The translations under genes were made by a program, and so were the position numbers. The notes beneath the pieces are model-generated. The model did not search any database and was not told the origin of the DNA. It saw only the letters and a program-made list of their open reading frames with translations. Below are positions 29,319-39,381 of a stretch of 64,000 bases of DNA, piece by piece. The first letter of the stretch is position 1, and each line of letters opens with the position of its first letter. The stretch is from Arenicella sp. (lineage in GTDB: Bacteria; Pseudomonadota; Gammaproteobacteria; Arenicellales; Arenicellaceae), in assembly GCA_050633585.1 (NCBI GenBank), contig JBOEGT010000036.1, positions 13,951-77,950 of the forward strand. Reading direction: 5' to 3'.

Positions 29319-29974
29319 AGCAATCAGCGCGAGATGCGATCTTAAACCGCCTATATAATGCTGCAGCAAATAACGGCCAAGAATGTTCTGCTGATAGCAT
29401 TAATATGCAAGCTCAAGAAATGTTAAGAAATTCACCACATGCGCCACTCGCTTCGTCAGACCCCATCGAAGCCTTTATAGCCAGAATTGCAAACGGCCAT
29501 GTGATTGGGACAAGCTGCTCAACGTTAAGCTCGGTTCAAGAATTGCCAGCCGCTGTGAAGTCATATCTGCAAGAACATAAACTTGGAGAAGATATTGGCA
29601 TTCAAGAGTTACCCCTGTTTACTGCGCTGGATTGGCAAGGCTTGAATAACACCGGGCCTCAGTTGGATGGGTTGGAAGATGGGTTAACATCGCTGAGTTA
29701 TGCAGATTTTGGGATTGCTGAAACCGGTTCGGTGGTTTTCCACTCGGGAGAGAATCGACCGGTGTTATTGAATTTTTTATCATTGCATCAAATGATTGTG
29801 ATTCACGCCGATAATATTTTGTCTTTGCTAGATGATTATGCCAAAAACGTGGATACGGTGGCGCCTCCAAGAAACACGATTTGGATTACAGGAGCGAGTG
29901 GAACAACCGATATTGAAGGTGTCTTGGTTCAAGGCGCTCATGGCCCTTGTTTTGTCCATATTTTTATTATTTAA
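29315..29974 (+). CDS. lutC: L-lactate utilisation protein LutC
   Basis: 219 aa with a LUD domain. It overlaps lutB by 4 nt. Confidence 0.7.
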   Translation: MKQSARDAILNRLYNAAANNGQECSADSINMQAQEMLRNSPHAPLASSDPIEAFIARIANGHVIGTSCSTLSSVQELPAAVKSYLQEHKLGEDIGIQELPLFTALDWQGLNNTGPQLDGLEDGLTSLSYADFGIAETGSVVFHSGENRPVLLNFLSLHQMIVIHADNILSLLDDYAKNVDTVAPPRNTIWITGASGTTDIEGVLVQGAHGPCFVHIFII

Positions 29975-30129
29975 GCAGAATTACGCAGTTTTACGTATAA
30001 AAAAAGTATTAACCCCTATCAAAATGAGTCAAAAATGACTCATTTTCCCTTAACATATTTTCGTTGACCTTTATAATAAGCATTTCCTAATATACGAATT
30101 TTTCACACCTACCATAGGCCGAGAACCAC

Positions 30130-30399
30130 ATGCTAGTAGATCAATTAACACAAGCCGTCACATTATTCGGTTTGGGCATGGGAACAGTATTTGTTTTGCT
30201 GACCCTTCTTATTACCTGCGTCAGTTTACTGTCTTCCGCCTGTTTAAAGTTTGAAACCAATCCAGTACATGCTGTGCCAAATATTGGTGCCGCAGCCACA
30301 CCTCGAGTTGACCCGAGTCGTCAAAACAGCATGTCTGAGCAAGAAAAATCCATTGTGATTGCTGCCATACAAGCGCACCGTCAGGCCAAAGGCCTGTAA
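30130..30399 (+). CDS. oadG: oxaloacetate decarboxylase gamma subunit
   Basis: 89 aa with a single N-terminal TM segment. It is directly upstream of oadA. Confidence 0.65.
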   Translation: MLVDQLTQAVTLFGLGMGTVFVLLTLLITCVSLLSSACLKFETNPVHAVPNIGAAATPRVDPSRQNSMSEQEKSIVIAAIQAHRQAKGL

Positions 30400-30475
30400 A
30401 TCTCTTGGCAGATACCCCGATATGCCATTCAATAGTTATAGTTACACAGTAACGAAATAAAACCGTTTTATTATT

Positions 30476-32257
30476 ATGAGCAAACTATTTATTAACGATG
30501 TAGTCCTGCGCGATGCGCACCAATCTCTTTTTGCAACGCGTCTTCGTTTAGACGATATGCTACCGATTGCTGAACAGTTAGATGATATTGGCTACTGGGC
30601 ATTAGAAACTTGGGGTGGCGCAACATTTGACTCTTGCATACGTTTCTTGGGTGAAGATCCGTGGGTCCGTTTAAGAGAACTCAATAGTGTGCTTCAAAAA
30701 ACACCGCAGATGATGCTGTTACGTGGTCAGAACTTATTGGGCTATCGCCATTATGCGGACGATGTTGTTTATAAGTTTGTTGAGCGTGCGGCAGCAAATG
30801 GCATGGATGTGTTTCGAATTTTCGATGCCATGAACGACGTGCGTAACCTAGAGACAGCCATTAAAGCCGTTAAAGAAACGGGTAAACACGCGCAAGGTAC
30901 CTTGTCTTATACGATCAGCGAAGTCCATTCGTTAAAGGGCTGGATCAGCATGGCAAAGCAATTAGAAGACTTGGGTTGTGACTCTATTTGCATTAAAGAC
31001 ATGGCGGGTTTGTTGCAGCCGTATGTGGCCGAAAAACTCGTTAAAGGCATTAAAAAAGTCTGTGATATCCCAGTTAATTTGCATGCGCATGCGACAACGG
31101 GTTTGAGCACAGCTACGTTAATGAAAGCGATTGATGCGGGTATTGATATAGTTGATACATCCATTTCAACCATGAGTTTAACCTATGGGCACACGCCGAC
31201 AGAAACCATTGTTTCCATCATGGAAGGAAGCAAGCGAGATACAGGTTTGGATTTAGCAGCATTTGAACCGATTGCCGACCACTTTCGTGAAGTGCGCAAG
31301 AAGTACTGGAAGTTTGAAGGTGAATTAAAAGGTGTTGATGCGCGTATTCTCAATGCACAGGTCCCTGGTGGCATGCTCACCAACATGGAAAATCAGCTAA
31401 AAGAGCAAGGCTTTGGCGATAAATTTGCAGAAGTGTTACAAGAAGTGCCACGAGTGCGTGCTGACTTGGGGTATCTACCTTTGGTGACCCCCACCTCGCA
31501 AATTGTGGGCACTCAGGCAGTGTTGAATGTAGTGATGGGAGAACGCTACCAAAACATCACCAAGGAAACACGCGGTGTGTTGCTAGGTGAATATGGTGCG
31601 ACACCAGCACCCGTTGATAAAGCATTGCAAGCGCGTGTTTTAGAGGACGGTGGTGAAGTCATCACGCATCGACCTGCAGATGGTATTGATCCTGAAATGG
31701 ACACCATGATTGATGAGGTCAAACAGTTAGCGAAAGATGAAAGTTTTGATCTGGCTGACAACGCTGAAGATGATGCATTGATTTATGCCTTATTCCAACA
31801 AATAGGTTTGAAATTTTTGAAGCATCGAAACGATCCATCAGCGTTTGAACCTGTCCCGGTAGCGAAAAGTGACAGCATATCTGAAGGCCCAGAAACCTAC
31901 ACCGTCGAAGTAGATGGCAAGCAATTCAATGCGGTTGTCACTGATGGAGGCTCGGACATACAGGTAGGTGTTGCAGGTGCGCCAGTGGTGAATCCTGCCG
32001 CGGCGACAGAAGCGGTTGCGGTGGCCACAGTCAGCACAGGTGAAAGTGTGCCAATCACTGCTCCTCTAAGCGGTAATATTTTTAAAGTGATCGCACAACC
32101 CGGTCAAGCGGTTGAGGAAGGCGATGTCATTATCATCATGGAAGCCATGAAGATGGAGACTGAAGTGCGTTCCTCGAGCAAAGGTTTAGTCTCACAAATT
32201 CACGTGAAAGAAGGTGATGCTGTGACAGCCGGTCAAACGATTATCACGTTGGGTTAG
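30476..32257 (+). CDS. oadA: oxaloacetate decarboxylase alpha subunit (carboxyltransferase plus biotinyl domain)
   Basis: 593 aa. The N-terminal pyruvate carboxyltransferase TIM barrel is followed by a C-terminal biotin attachment motif EAMKME. Confidence 0.85.
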   Translation: MSKLFINDVVLRDAHQSLFATRLRLDDMLPIAEQLDDIGYWALETWGGATFDSCIRFLGEDPWVRLRELNSVLQKTPQMMLLRGQNLLGYRHYADDVVYKFVERAAANGMDVFRIFDAMNDVRNLETAIKAVKETGKHAQGTLSYTISEVHSLKGWISMAKQLEDLGCDSICIKDMAGLLQPYVAEKLVKGIKKVCDIPVNLHAHATTGLSTATLMKAIDAGIDIVDTSISTMSLTYGHTPTETIVSIMEGSKRDTGLDLAAFEPIADHFREVRKKYWKFEGELKGVDARILNAQVPGGMLTNMENQLKEQGFGDKFAEVLQEVPRVRADLGYLPLVTPTSQIVGTQAVLNVVMGERYQNITKETRGVLLGEYGATPAPVDKALQARVLEDGGEVITHRPADGIDPEMDTMIDEVKQLAKDESFDLADNAEDDALIYALFQQIGLKFLKHRNDPSAFEPVPVAKSDSISEGPETYTVEVDGKQFNAVVTDGGSDIQVGVAGAPVVNPAAATEAVAVATVSTGESVPITAPLSGNIFKVIAQPGQAVEEGDVIIIMEAMKMETEVRSSSKGLVSQIHVKEGDAVTAGQTIITLG

Positions 32258-32328
32258 TCCTTTACTATTGAGATTCACACGATTCAGAACGACAGTTCTA
32301 GAACAGAAAAGATTACACGAGAATACAT

Positions 32329-33459
32329 ATGGAAGGCATTTTAAAACTCTGGGCGCAATCAGGTTTCGTTAACTGGGAACTCCCACAGCTAATCATGGTA
32401 GTTGTGGGTGTGGCCTTGATTTACCTGGCGATCAAAAAGAAATTTGAACCGCTACTCTTGTTGCCAATTGGCTTTGGCACCATTTTAAGTAATATTCCAA
32501 TTGCTGGCATGGCCGAAGTGAATGGTTTGTTATACATGATCTACACAGTTGGCATTGAAACAGGTATTTTTCCCTTGCTCATTTTTATGGGTGTTGGCGC
32601 ACTCACCGACTTCAGTGCATTGATCGCAAACCCACGAACTTTGTTGCTAGGTGCGGCTGCTCAAATTGGCATTTTCGCCACTTTAATTGGCGCGATTGCC
32701 TTAAATGCAGTGCCTGGCTTTGAGTTCAGCATGCAAGATGCGGCCGCCATTGCCATTATTGGTGGTGCAGATGGTCCAACAGCGATTTTCCTTGCCAGTC
32801 GACTCGCACCAGAGCTTCTGGGTGCCATTGCGGTAGCGGCCTATTCTTACATGGCGCTGGTACCAATCATTCAACCGCCAATCATGCGCGCCTTGACCAC
32901 ACAAAAAGAGCGTGAGATTAAAATGGAGCAATTGCGTGAAGTGAGCAAACTAGAGCAATTGTTGTTCCCGTTTGTCGTTTTAGCGGTGACAGCATTATTC
33001 ATTCCTGCTTCACTGCCGCTAATCGGTATGCTGTGTTTCGGTAATATCTTGCGAGTGAGTGGTGTAGTAGAACGTTTAAGCAATGCCGCTCAAAACGAAA
33101 TCATGAACACGGTCACCATTTTTCTTGGCTTAGCGGTCGGCTCAAAGATGTCAGCTGACAAATTTTTGAACGTTGAAACTTTAGGTATTTTAGGACTTGG
33201 CGCTGTCGCATTCTGTGTCGGAACCGCCTGTGGTGTGATGATGGCAAAAGTGTTGAATAAATTTTCGAAAAATCCAATCAACCCACTCATTGGTGCAGCG
33301 GGTGTTTCAGCTGTGCCGATGGCCGCACGAGTCGCTAATAAAGTGGGCTTAGAAGCGAACCCGCACAATTTTTTGTTGATGCATGCGATTGGGCCAAACC
33401 TTGCTGGCGTGATAGGCTCAGCAGTAGCGGCAGGTATCTTACTGTCGGTGCTTGGATAA
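32329..33459 (+). CDS. oadB: oxaloacetate decarboxylase beta subunit (Na+ pump)
   Basis: 376-aa polytopic protein. The OadB-like sequence includes GADGPTAIF and NLLMHAIGP. Confidence 0.8.
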   Translation: MEGILKLWAQSGFVNWELPQLIMVVVGVALIYLAIKKKFEPLLLLPIGFGTILSNIPIAGMAEVNGLLYMIYTVGIETGIFPLLIFMGVGALTDFSALIANPRTLLLGAAAQIGIFATLIGAIALNAVPGFEFSMQDAAAIAIIGGADGPTAIFLASRLAPELLGAIAVAAYSYMALVPIIQPPIMRALTTQKEREIKMEQLREVSKLEQLLFPFVVLAVTALFIPASLPLIGMLCFGNILRVSGVVERLSNAAQNEIMNTVTIFLGLAVGSKMSADKFLNVETLGILGLGAVAFCVGTACGVMMAKVLNKFSKNPINPLIGAAGVSAVPMAARVANKVGLEANPHNFLLMHAIGPNLAGVIGSAVAAGILLSVLG

Positions 33460-33483
33460 GCTTCTGCCTTAAAATATCATTGA

Positions 33484-33512
33484 AAACGCGGCCTTGTATG
33501 CCGCGTTTTTTT
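33484..33512 (+). terminator. rho-independent terminator after oadB
   Basis: Stem AAAACGCGGC / GCCGCGTTTT followed by T7. Confidence 0.75.
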
Positions 33513-33550
33513 GTAGCGTGAATAGATCATTTATAGATAAATAGGGCATT

Positions 33551-34078
33551 ATGAAACCGTTTAAGTTAATTGAAAACCTTAGCATTGTGGTTGCTATATT
33601 AGCCTTTGGCATCATGTCAGGGTTTTTCTGGACTTACACATTTAATGTCAATTTGGCTATGTTAAATGTCGATGGTCAAACGTATGCGCAGATGCAGTCA
33701 CTCTTCAATGAAAATGTTCGCCATTCTATGTTTTTTATCTTTTTCTTTGGAGGCGGGGCATTTTCATTGCTAGCCTTAGTGATCAATTTTCGGCATATTA
33801 AACATGCTAGTTTTTGGCTATTAGCAATTGCCGTTTTGATCTACATTTTAGGGGTAATTTTTTTTACTGCTCAAGTTAATTTACCTCTCAATGAATATAC
33901 CGAGTCATGGGACCCTGATAGCTTGCCAGCTGACTGGACAACGACTAGAAACGCGTGGAATCACGCCAATGCGATACGCGTTGCGACATCATTTACCTCT
34001 TTCGTTTTATGCGTATTAGCGTTATGCATTAGGTGTAGTCATGCACCCAATGAAAATCAAGTTGATAGCAATAATTGA
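33551..34078 (+). CDS. small integral membrane protein (DUF1772-like, 4 TM)
   Basis: 175 aa and hydrophobic. No catalytic motifs were recognised. Confidence 0.4.
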   Translation: MKPFKLIENLSIVVAILAFGIMSGFFWTYTFNVNLAMLNVDGQTYAQMQSLFNENVRHSMFFIFFFGGGAFSLLALVINFRHIKHASFWLLAIAVLIYILGVIFFTAQVNLPLNEYTESWDPDSLPADWTTTRNAWNHANAIRVATSFTSFVLCVLALCIRCSHAPNENQVDSNN

Positions 34079-34141
34079 TTGTTAAAACTTTGGTAATTAC
34101 GGTACATTTAAGGTCTACATTTTATATTTCAGGAGAAGAAG

Positions 34142-35593
34142 ATGTCATCAATTGGATCGATTATATTGCTAGCAGGTATCGCGTGGTTTTTATTTACTGT
34201 AGTGATCAAATTTTCTAGTAATGAAAAACTCACAATCATTAAAAACAAACTGAATAATTTAAGGGTTTTAGCATTTCCCGCTATCGTTATTGGTTCTTTA
34301 CTCATGCTATTTGGTAATAGCATTTTTTATGCAGAACCGGGCTATATATATCATGTTAGAACCGTCACAGGTGCTGAAAAAGTAGTGTCTAGTGTTGGGT
34401 ATAAATTTTACCCATTTGGACGCTGGAACTCTTGGAAAAGAGAGATGACAGTTCAAGCGGTTGCTAGCCGAGTTGATCTTAAGCAATACAGTGGTGATCA
34501 AGTGAACGCTGAGAGTGAATCTTCATCTACCAGTGCCTCTTTGCAACCGATTCGCCTTATGTTCTTAGACAATGTTGACGCCTTAAGTGATGCGACGGTT
34601 AGGTTTAGGATCCCTGCCGACGAAGAATCTTTTCTCAAAATGGCTCATGGCTATAGAACGCCAGAAAATTTACTACGAACGGCTTTGATTCCGGCGTTTA
34701 AAGAAACCTTGCAAGCAACGGCTTCTTTGATGTCGGCGGAAGCCTATTATTCCGGTGGACGAACAGAATTCAACAATGAATTTGAAAATCAAATGAGCGA
34801 TGGTATTTATATTGTTCGACGAGAAGAACAGAAAGTATCATCGATGGAAATTGCGAATAGTTCGGCAAATGCCGCCTTAGGTGCGGAGCAAGAAAACTTT
34901 GGCAATCAATCTAAAACAGAGTTTAAAGTTACGAAACAAGAAGATAGCTCGGGTAAATTGTTACGCAATTCTCAGAAGTTTGCGAACTTTGGAATCGTTG
35001 TTGTGGATGCTCGGGTGACGGACATGAACCCAAATAAAGCTTTTTTACAGCGTATGACTCTGAAACAAAAAGCCTCTGCTGATAGAGCGATTGCGAGAGA
35101 GCAACGTATTCAGGAACAAGAGCAGCGGCTTTTAGCTATTTCAAAAGGTGAACGAGAAGTGGCTGAACGTCAAGCGGCAGCAAAGGTTATTCAAATTGAA
35201 AAAACAACGGATGCGGAAACGACAAAGCAACTAGCAATTACCAAGGCGAACCAACAGAAAGAGCAAGCTCAAATCGATAAGGAAACATCTCAAATTAAAC
35301 TTGAGCAAGCCGCTATCGATGCGGAACGGATTAAAACGTTAGCCGATGCGGAAGCGCATAAGAAAAAAGTGTTGATTGAGGCGGACAACGCCTTGCAACC
35401 AAAGCTTGAAGCGGAAGTGCAGATTCAGAAAATGTGGGCTGATGCTTATGCGAAACGACAAGTGCCTCAATATGTTTTTGGCGACAATGATACAACTCCA
35501 AAAGGCGGAGATTCCGAAACAGCTACTTTTATGAAGCTAATGACATTACAGGCCGCTAAAAATTTAAATTACAACCGCGAAGTGAAGAAATAG
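34142..35593 (+). CDS. SPFH/Band-7 family protein, flotillin-like (FloT/YqiK-type)
   Basis: 483 aa. An N-terminal TM hairpin and an SPFH-like region are followed by a long C-terminal E/A/Q/K-rich coiled coil (QKEQAQIDKETSQIKLEQAAIDAERIK...). Confidence 0.45.
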   Translation: MSSIGSIILLAGIAWFLFTVVIKFSSNEKLTIIKNKLNNLRVLAFPAIVIGSLLMLFGNSIFYAEPGYIYHVRTVTGAEKVVSSVGYKFYPFGRWNSWKREMTVQAVASRVDLKQYSGDQVNAESESSSTSASLQPIRLMFLDNVDALSDATVRFRIPADEESFLKMAHGYRTPENLLRTALIPAFKETLQATASLMSAEAYYSGGRTEFNNEFENQMSDGIYIVRREEQKVSSMEIANSSANAALGAEQENFGNQSKTEFKVTKQEDSSGKLLRNSQKFANFGIVVVDARVTDMNPNKAFLQRMTLKQKASADRAIAREQRIQEQEQRLLAISKGEREVAERQAAAKVIQIEKTTDAETTKQLAITKANQQKEQAQIDKETSQIKLEQAAIDAERIKTLADAEAHKKKVLIEADNALQPKLEAEVQIQKMWADAYAKRQVPQYVFGDNDTTPKGGDSETATFMKLMTLQAAKNLNYNREVKK

Positions 35594-35775
35594 CGATAGC
35601 AAACACTGCGATAGCTTTGAAGACTTGAGTAAATTCTTCGAAGCGTCCAGTGTGGTTTCAGGTTCTCTGCTTTGTGATTAAATCCTTCTGCTAGCAGAGA
35701 GCGAAGCTAGATGTAAACGGTTTTATAATTGTGTCACGAACTGATAGCCTATGAAGGTCCAAACTAGGTCGATAG

Positions 35776-36186
35776 GTGAACAAAGTGGCAAACAATATTA
35801 AAACAGGCGTTGCTGGCATGGTCGCTGCTGCCCGAAAACAGATTTTGGAAATCGATGCTGAGGATGTTTTTGCTCAGTTAGACCATGATGGTGTTTTGGT
35901 GGTTGATATTCGAGACATTCGTGAACGACAGCGTGATGGCTTTATTCCAGGTAGTTTTCATTGTCCTCGAGGTATGGCGGAATTTTGGGTTGATCCTGAT
36001 AGCCCATATTACAAACCCGTATTTAGTGAAGAAAAGACGTTTATTTTCCATTGTGCGTCAGGTTGGCGCTCGGCATTGACGGTGCAAACTTTGCAAGGCA
36101 TGGGGATGACAGGTATTGCCCATATGACGCATGGGTTTGGGTCATGGAAAAAAATGGGTGGACCAATTAGTTTTCCAAAAAAATAA
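35776..36186 (+). CDS. rhodanese-domain sulfurtransferase
   Basis: 136 aa with the active-site loop CASGWRS. Confidence 0.65.
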   Translation: MNKVANNIKTGVAGMVAAARKQILEIDAEDVFAQLDHDGVLVVDIRDIRERQRDGFIPGSFHCPRGMAEFWVDPDSPYYKPVFSEEKTFIFHCASGWRSALTVQTLQGMGMTGIAHMTHGFGSWKKMGGPISFPKK

Positions 36187-36267
36187 TAGTCACATGGAGA
36201 TAGCTGCCCAATATTTTTTGTCTTGAACGCTAACAGGTACGTATCTTTATCGCATATTTTTTCCCTG

Positions 36268-36615
36268 TTAAAGGGCTTTCATATGTTTTAAATTTTGTTT
36301 GAATTCTTTCAAAAGTTCTTTTTGTGGAAGCGAGTATTGATTCGCATAGCCATTTAATATTTTTCTAGCTTTTGCGACTTTTATTAAACCGAATATGCTG
36401 GAACCTAAGACGAGGCAAATGAAGACAGCGAATCCGCCTATTAATGAAGCTAAGCTTCCTTCGCCTTGGCTATGTTTGAGCAAGGAAAATGCACCGAACG
36501 CAATGCCGCCTGTCATAAAACCTAGCGTGATGAATGGGTTTGGCCACTTTTGATGCACCGTCTTAATTTCATCATGGGAAAGCTTGGATAAGTGCAGTGT
36601 GCTATCGATAGACAT
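36268..36615 (-). CDS. small membrane protein (hypothetical)
   Basis: Two TM segments. I set the start at the internal Met (MSIDSTL). The track ORF extends to 36687. Confidence 0.35.
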   Translation of the reverse strand: MSIDSTLHLSKLSHDEIKTVHQKWPNPFITLGFMTGGIAFGAFSLLKHSQGEGSLASLIGGFAVFICLVLGSSIFGLIKVAKARKILNGYANQYSLPQKELLKEFKQNLKHMKAL

Positions 36616-36813
36616 GGGTACTCCTTGTGCAATGAATGAATTGATTTCTCGTATTCTATGCGAGCGAGTTTTGCATTCATGTTGCATGACTAAAAATTAT
36701 TGATTCCTGTGTGTGGTCAATGTTTATCGAGTTAAGCAGAATCATCAATATACATGCGGGATAAGTGTTAATCTTCGCTGACACAAGATATAGGCATTCA
36801 TCACAATAAGCTC

Positions 36814-37152
36814 ATGGCAAATAGTAAAAAATATAGTTATCAAATTGAACAAGTAAAGGCGCTTTGGACGGCTCAGATCATCCGAAAAGCCAGCTCAAAA
36901 TTACTGGTCGTTAGCAAGGAAAAAGAAGGGTTTGCCACAGAATCAGAAGCTAAAGAGTGGGCGGAAAAAAATTTGGCAGAGTTTACTGCCACATTGAGTT
37001 CTAGTAACCAACGCCATGGCGAACAACGTAAAGCAAATGAAGAAGGACGCCGTCAACGATCGGTTCGCCGTTCAGAGAAAACACAACTCGAAAAGCAACA
37101 AGCGGCGGAGCAAGCACTGAGCGAGGCCGAGGATAATCGTTCCGTCGACTAA
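36814..37152 (+). CDS. hypothetical charged protein
   Basis: 112 aa, K/E/R/Q-rich, with no TM segments. No family was recognised. Confidence 0.35.
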   Translation: MANSKKYSYQIEQVKALWTAQIIRKASSKLLVVSKEKEGFATESEAKEWAEKNLAEFTATLSSSNQRHGEQRKANEEGRRQRSVRRSEKTQLEKQQAAEQALSEAEDNRSVD

Positions 37153-37244
37153 GGGTATGGTGTCGTCATCACATGTTGAAATGTGCGACTATTAATCCAA
37201 TGACAATGGTATCGGGTATCAGAGAAGAGTGACTGATGAGTGCC

Positions 37245-37556
37245 TTATTGCGCGCTAAATTTTTGTGGGCGTAGCACTTCAATATCGCTAGTAAAAGCTA
37301 CCATGCCATAGTTTTCGTAGTAGGTGCGCTGTAAATGTTTGGTGAAGTGATCGGCAAAGCTGCTATCGCAGATAATCTCTACTCGAATATTTGAGTTTGC
37401 TTCCCAAGAACCGGCTCGTGCACCACTGCTGCCTTTGCCCTTCGCATTGCTAATGGTGTACCCCATTGCGCCGTGTTCTTCAATGTCGTCTATCAATCGA
37501 GATTCTAAGATTGATTCCGTGTAAATAGTAATCAGTTTTGTGTTTTCGTTTTTCAT
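37245..37556 (-). CDS. P-II-like signal-transduction protein (SbtB-like)
   Basis: 103 aa. The beta-alpha-beta P-II fold is recognisable (ITIYTES...GYTISNAKGKGSSG ... VRVEIIC). It sits immediately downstream of the DUF897 permease on the same strand. Confidence 0.55.
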   Translation of the reverse strand: MKNENTKLITIYTESILESRLIDDIEEHGAMGYTISNAKGKGSSGARAGSWEANSNIRVEIICDSSFADHFTKHLQRTYYENYGMVAFTSDIEVLRPQKFSAQ

Positions 37557-37568
37557 GAGCGATACCTT

Positions 37569-38522
37569 TTATGAGAACAGGCTATGTGCATATTGAGAAA
37601 AGGCATGATAAACCGGAATGCCTAAAATGATATTAAACGGAAAGGTGATGCCAAGTGAAGCGCTTAATGACAAGGTTGGGTTTGCCTCTGGCACAGAGAT
37701 TCGCATGGCAGCTGGAACGGCAATGTAAGAGGCGCTAGCAAACAAGGTGGCTAAAATAGCAGTTCCACCAATGGATAAATCTAAAATAACACCGACCATT
37801 GACCCTATTGCGCCAAAGCCAAGAGGCGTCAGGATGCCAAATAAGAATAGAAAAATGCCATAACGTTTTAAACTGTTCAATTGAGTGGCTGTGATTAAGC
37901 CCATTTCGAGCAAAAATAATGCTAAAACACCTTTAAATAGGTCAAAAAATAAAGGTGAAATTGATTCAACACCGCTAGGGCCGCTGACCCAACCAATCAG
38001 CAATCCTCCAACTAATAACATGACACCACGGCCGAGCATGACTTCATGCATGACATTCGACCACTGTGTTTCTTTCGCTAAGCCTTTGGAAAGCACAATG
38101 CCGACCAAAATGGCAGGTATTTCTAACAAGACAACAAACAATGCCATGTGTTCTTCAAACACAATGTTACGAGTGTTCATATAAGCGACGGCTACTGCAA
38201 AGGTGCCCACACTAACGGAACCATAATGTGCGGCGATGGAAGCCGAGTCTGCACGATTAAACCGACCAATATGGCGTAACACTGGAAAAATGATAAATGG
38301 CAATACAAAGCCCATGCTGACAATGACAACAATTTGTGGCAATAAAATGCCAAAGGGTTGCTTGGCCAGTTCAATGCCTCCCTTCAATCCGATGGTAAGC
38401 AAAAGTAGCATGGAGATTAAGTCGTAAATTTGGCTGGGTAAGCGCAACTCAGACTTCATGACACCTGCAAATAGCCCAAATAAAAAGAACCAAATGACGG
38501 GATCAATGGCATTAAGAGACAT
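37569..38522 (-). CDS. DUF897 / SbtA-like sodium-dependent bicarbonate-transporter-family permease
   Basis: 317-aa polytopic protein with a ten-TM inverted-repeat appearance. It is paired with the P-II-like gene. Confidence 0.5.
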   Translation of the reverse strand: MSLNAIDPVIWFFLFGLFAGVMKSELRLPSQIYDLISMLLLLTIGLKGGIELAKQPFGILLPQIVVIVSMGFVLPFIIFPVLRHIGRFNRADSASIAAHYGSVSVGTFAVAVAYMNTRNIVFEEHMALFVVLLEIPAILVGIVLSKGLAKETQWSNVMHEVMLGRGVMLLVGGLLIGWVSGPSGVESISPLFFDLFKGVLALFLLEMGLITATQLNSLKRYGIFLFLFGILTPLGFGAIGSMVGVILDLSIGGTAILATLFASASYIAVPAAMRISVPEANPTLSLSASLGITFPFNIILGIPVYHAFSQYAHSLFS

Positions 38523-38612
38523 AGTTAAACCTGTATTATCGTGACATAAATGAAAGGCTCAACCACCGTTGAGCCTTTTAAAACGTGATGAACTATAAAT
38601 CGTATCGATTCA

Positions 38613-39344
38613 TTAAGCTGCTACGCCTTGATCAGCTTGTTGCTCTAGGTAAGCAGGAAAACCTTTGGGAAGTTCTAAAGCAATAGCAAGGTCATTCAGA
38701 AATGCGCGTTCGCTTTGCTCGTCGACTTCGATGGCTAAGTATGCCGACAAATAAACTTCAGGTTTGTGCTCTTCATGCTCAATCGCATTGACGATGTCTT
38801 GGATGCTTATTTCTTGTGTCATTAAATCGAAAATAGCGGCTTTTTCATCGGAGCTAAGGTCCAACTTTCCAATCGCGTCAAATAAGTGTTTCTGTTCGAG
38901 TGCATCGATATGCCCATCAGCCTTAGAAGCAGCAATCATTGCCATGATGAGGGTCATATGCAAGGGCGTTGAAGCCGTTTCTGGTTCAGCTGGAGTATTG
39001 AGAGTTATCTGACTTATTTCTTGCTCAGTCACTGCTTGAGTTTGCCCCATTGCTTTGTTTTTTTGCCAATTATCATACGCTTTGTAGGCGAGTCCACCTA
39101 GCACAGCTGTGCCGCCAACTTTGGCAACACCTGCGGCCATTTTTCGAGCGGATTTACTGCTCATTAATAAAGCCATGACGCCACCCGCGGCTGCACCTCC
39201 GGCTAAGCCTCCTGGAAAAAAGCTACTCAGAGAATCTAGTAGATTCCCTTGTGTATTCTCAGAAGAGTTATTGACTTGATTGTGACTGGGTTGATCTTGA
39301 TTGTTGCTTTGAGAAAGACTAGAAAGTAAATTTTGAATATTCAT
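38613..39344 (-). CDS. DUF533/TerB-like (YebE-type) membrane-associated protein
   Basis: 243 aa. A low-complexity N-terminus and a GG/AA-rich TM segment are followed by a C-terminal TerB-like helical domain. Confidence 0.45.
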   Translation of the reverse strand: MNIQNLLSSLSQSNNQDQPSHNQVNNSSENTQGNLLDSLSSFFPGGLAGGAAAGGVMALLMSSKSARKMAAGVAKVGGTAVLGGLAYKAYDNWQKNKAMGQTQAVTEQEISQITLNTPAEPETASTPLHMTLIMAMIAASKADGHIDALEQKHLFDAIGKLDLSSDEKAAIFDLMTQEISIQDIVNAIEHEEHKPEVYLSAYLAIEVDEQSERAFLNDLAIALELPKGFPAYLEQQADQGVAA

Positions 39345-39381
39345 ATTAGTGACCTAGTTTATTAGCGTTGTGATCAAAAAA

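Noticed and set aside
33551-35593. A possible NfeD-SPFH (yuaF-floT-like) operon pairing of the 175-aa membrane protein with the flotillin-like gene.
   Set aside because: The 175-aa protein is entirely hydrophobic with 4 TM segments and lacks the soluble OB-fold C-terminal domain of NfeD proteins. The adjacency is not enough to call a stomatin-operon partner.
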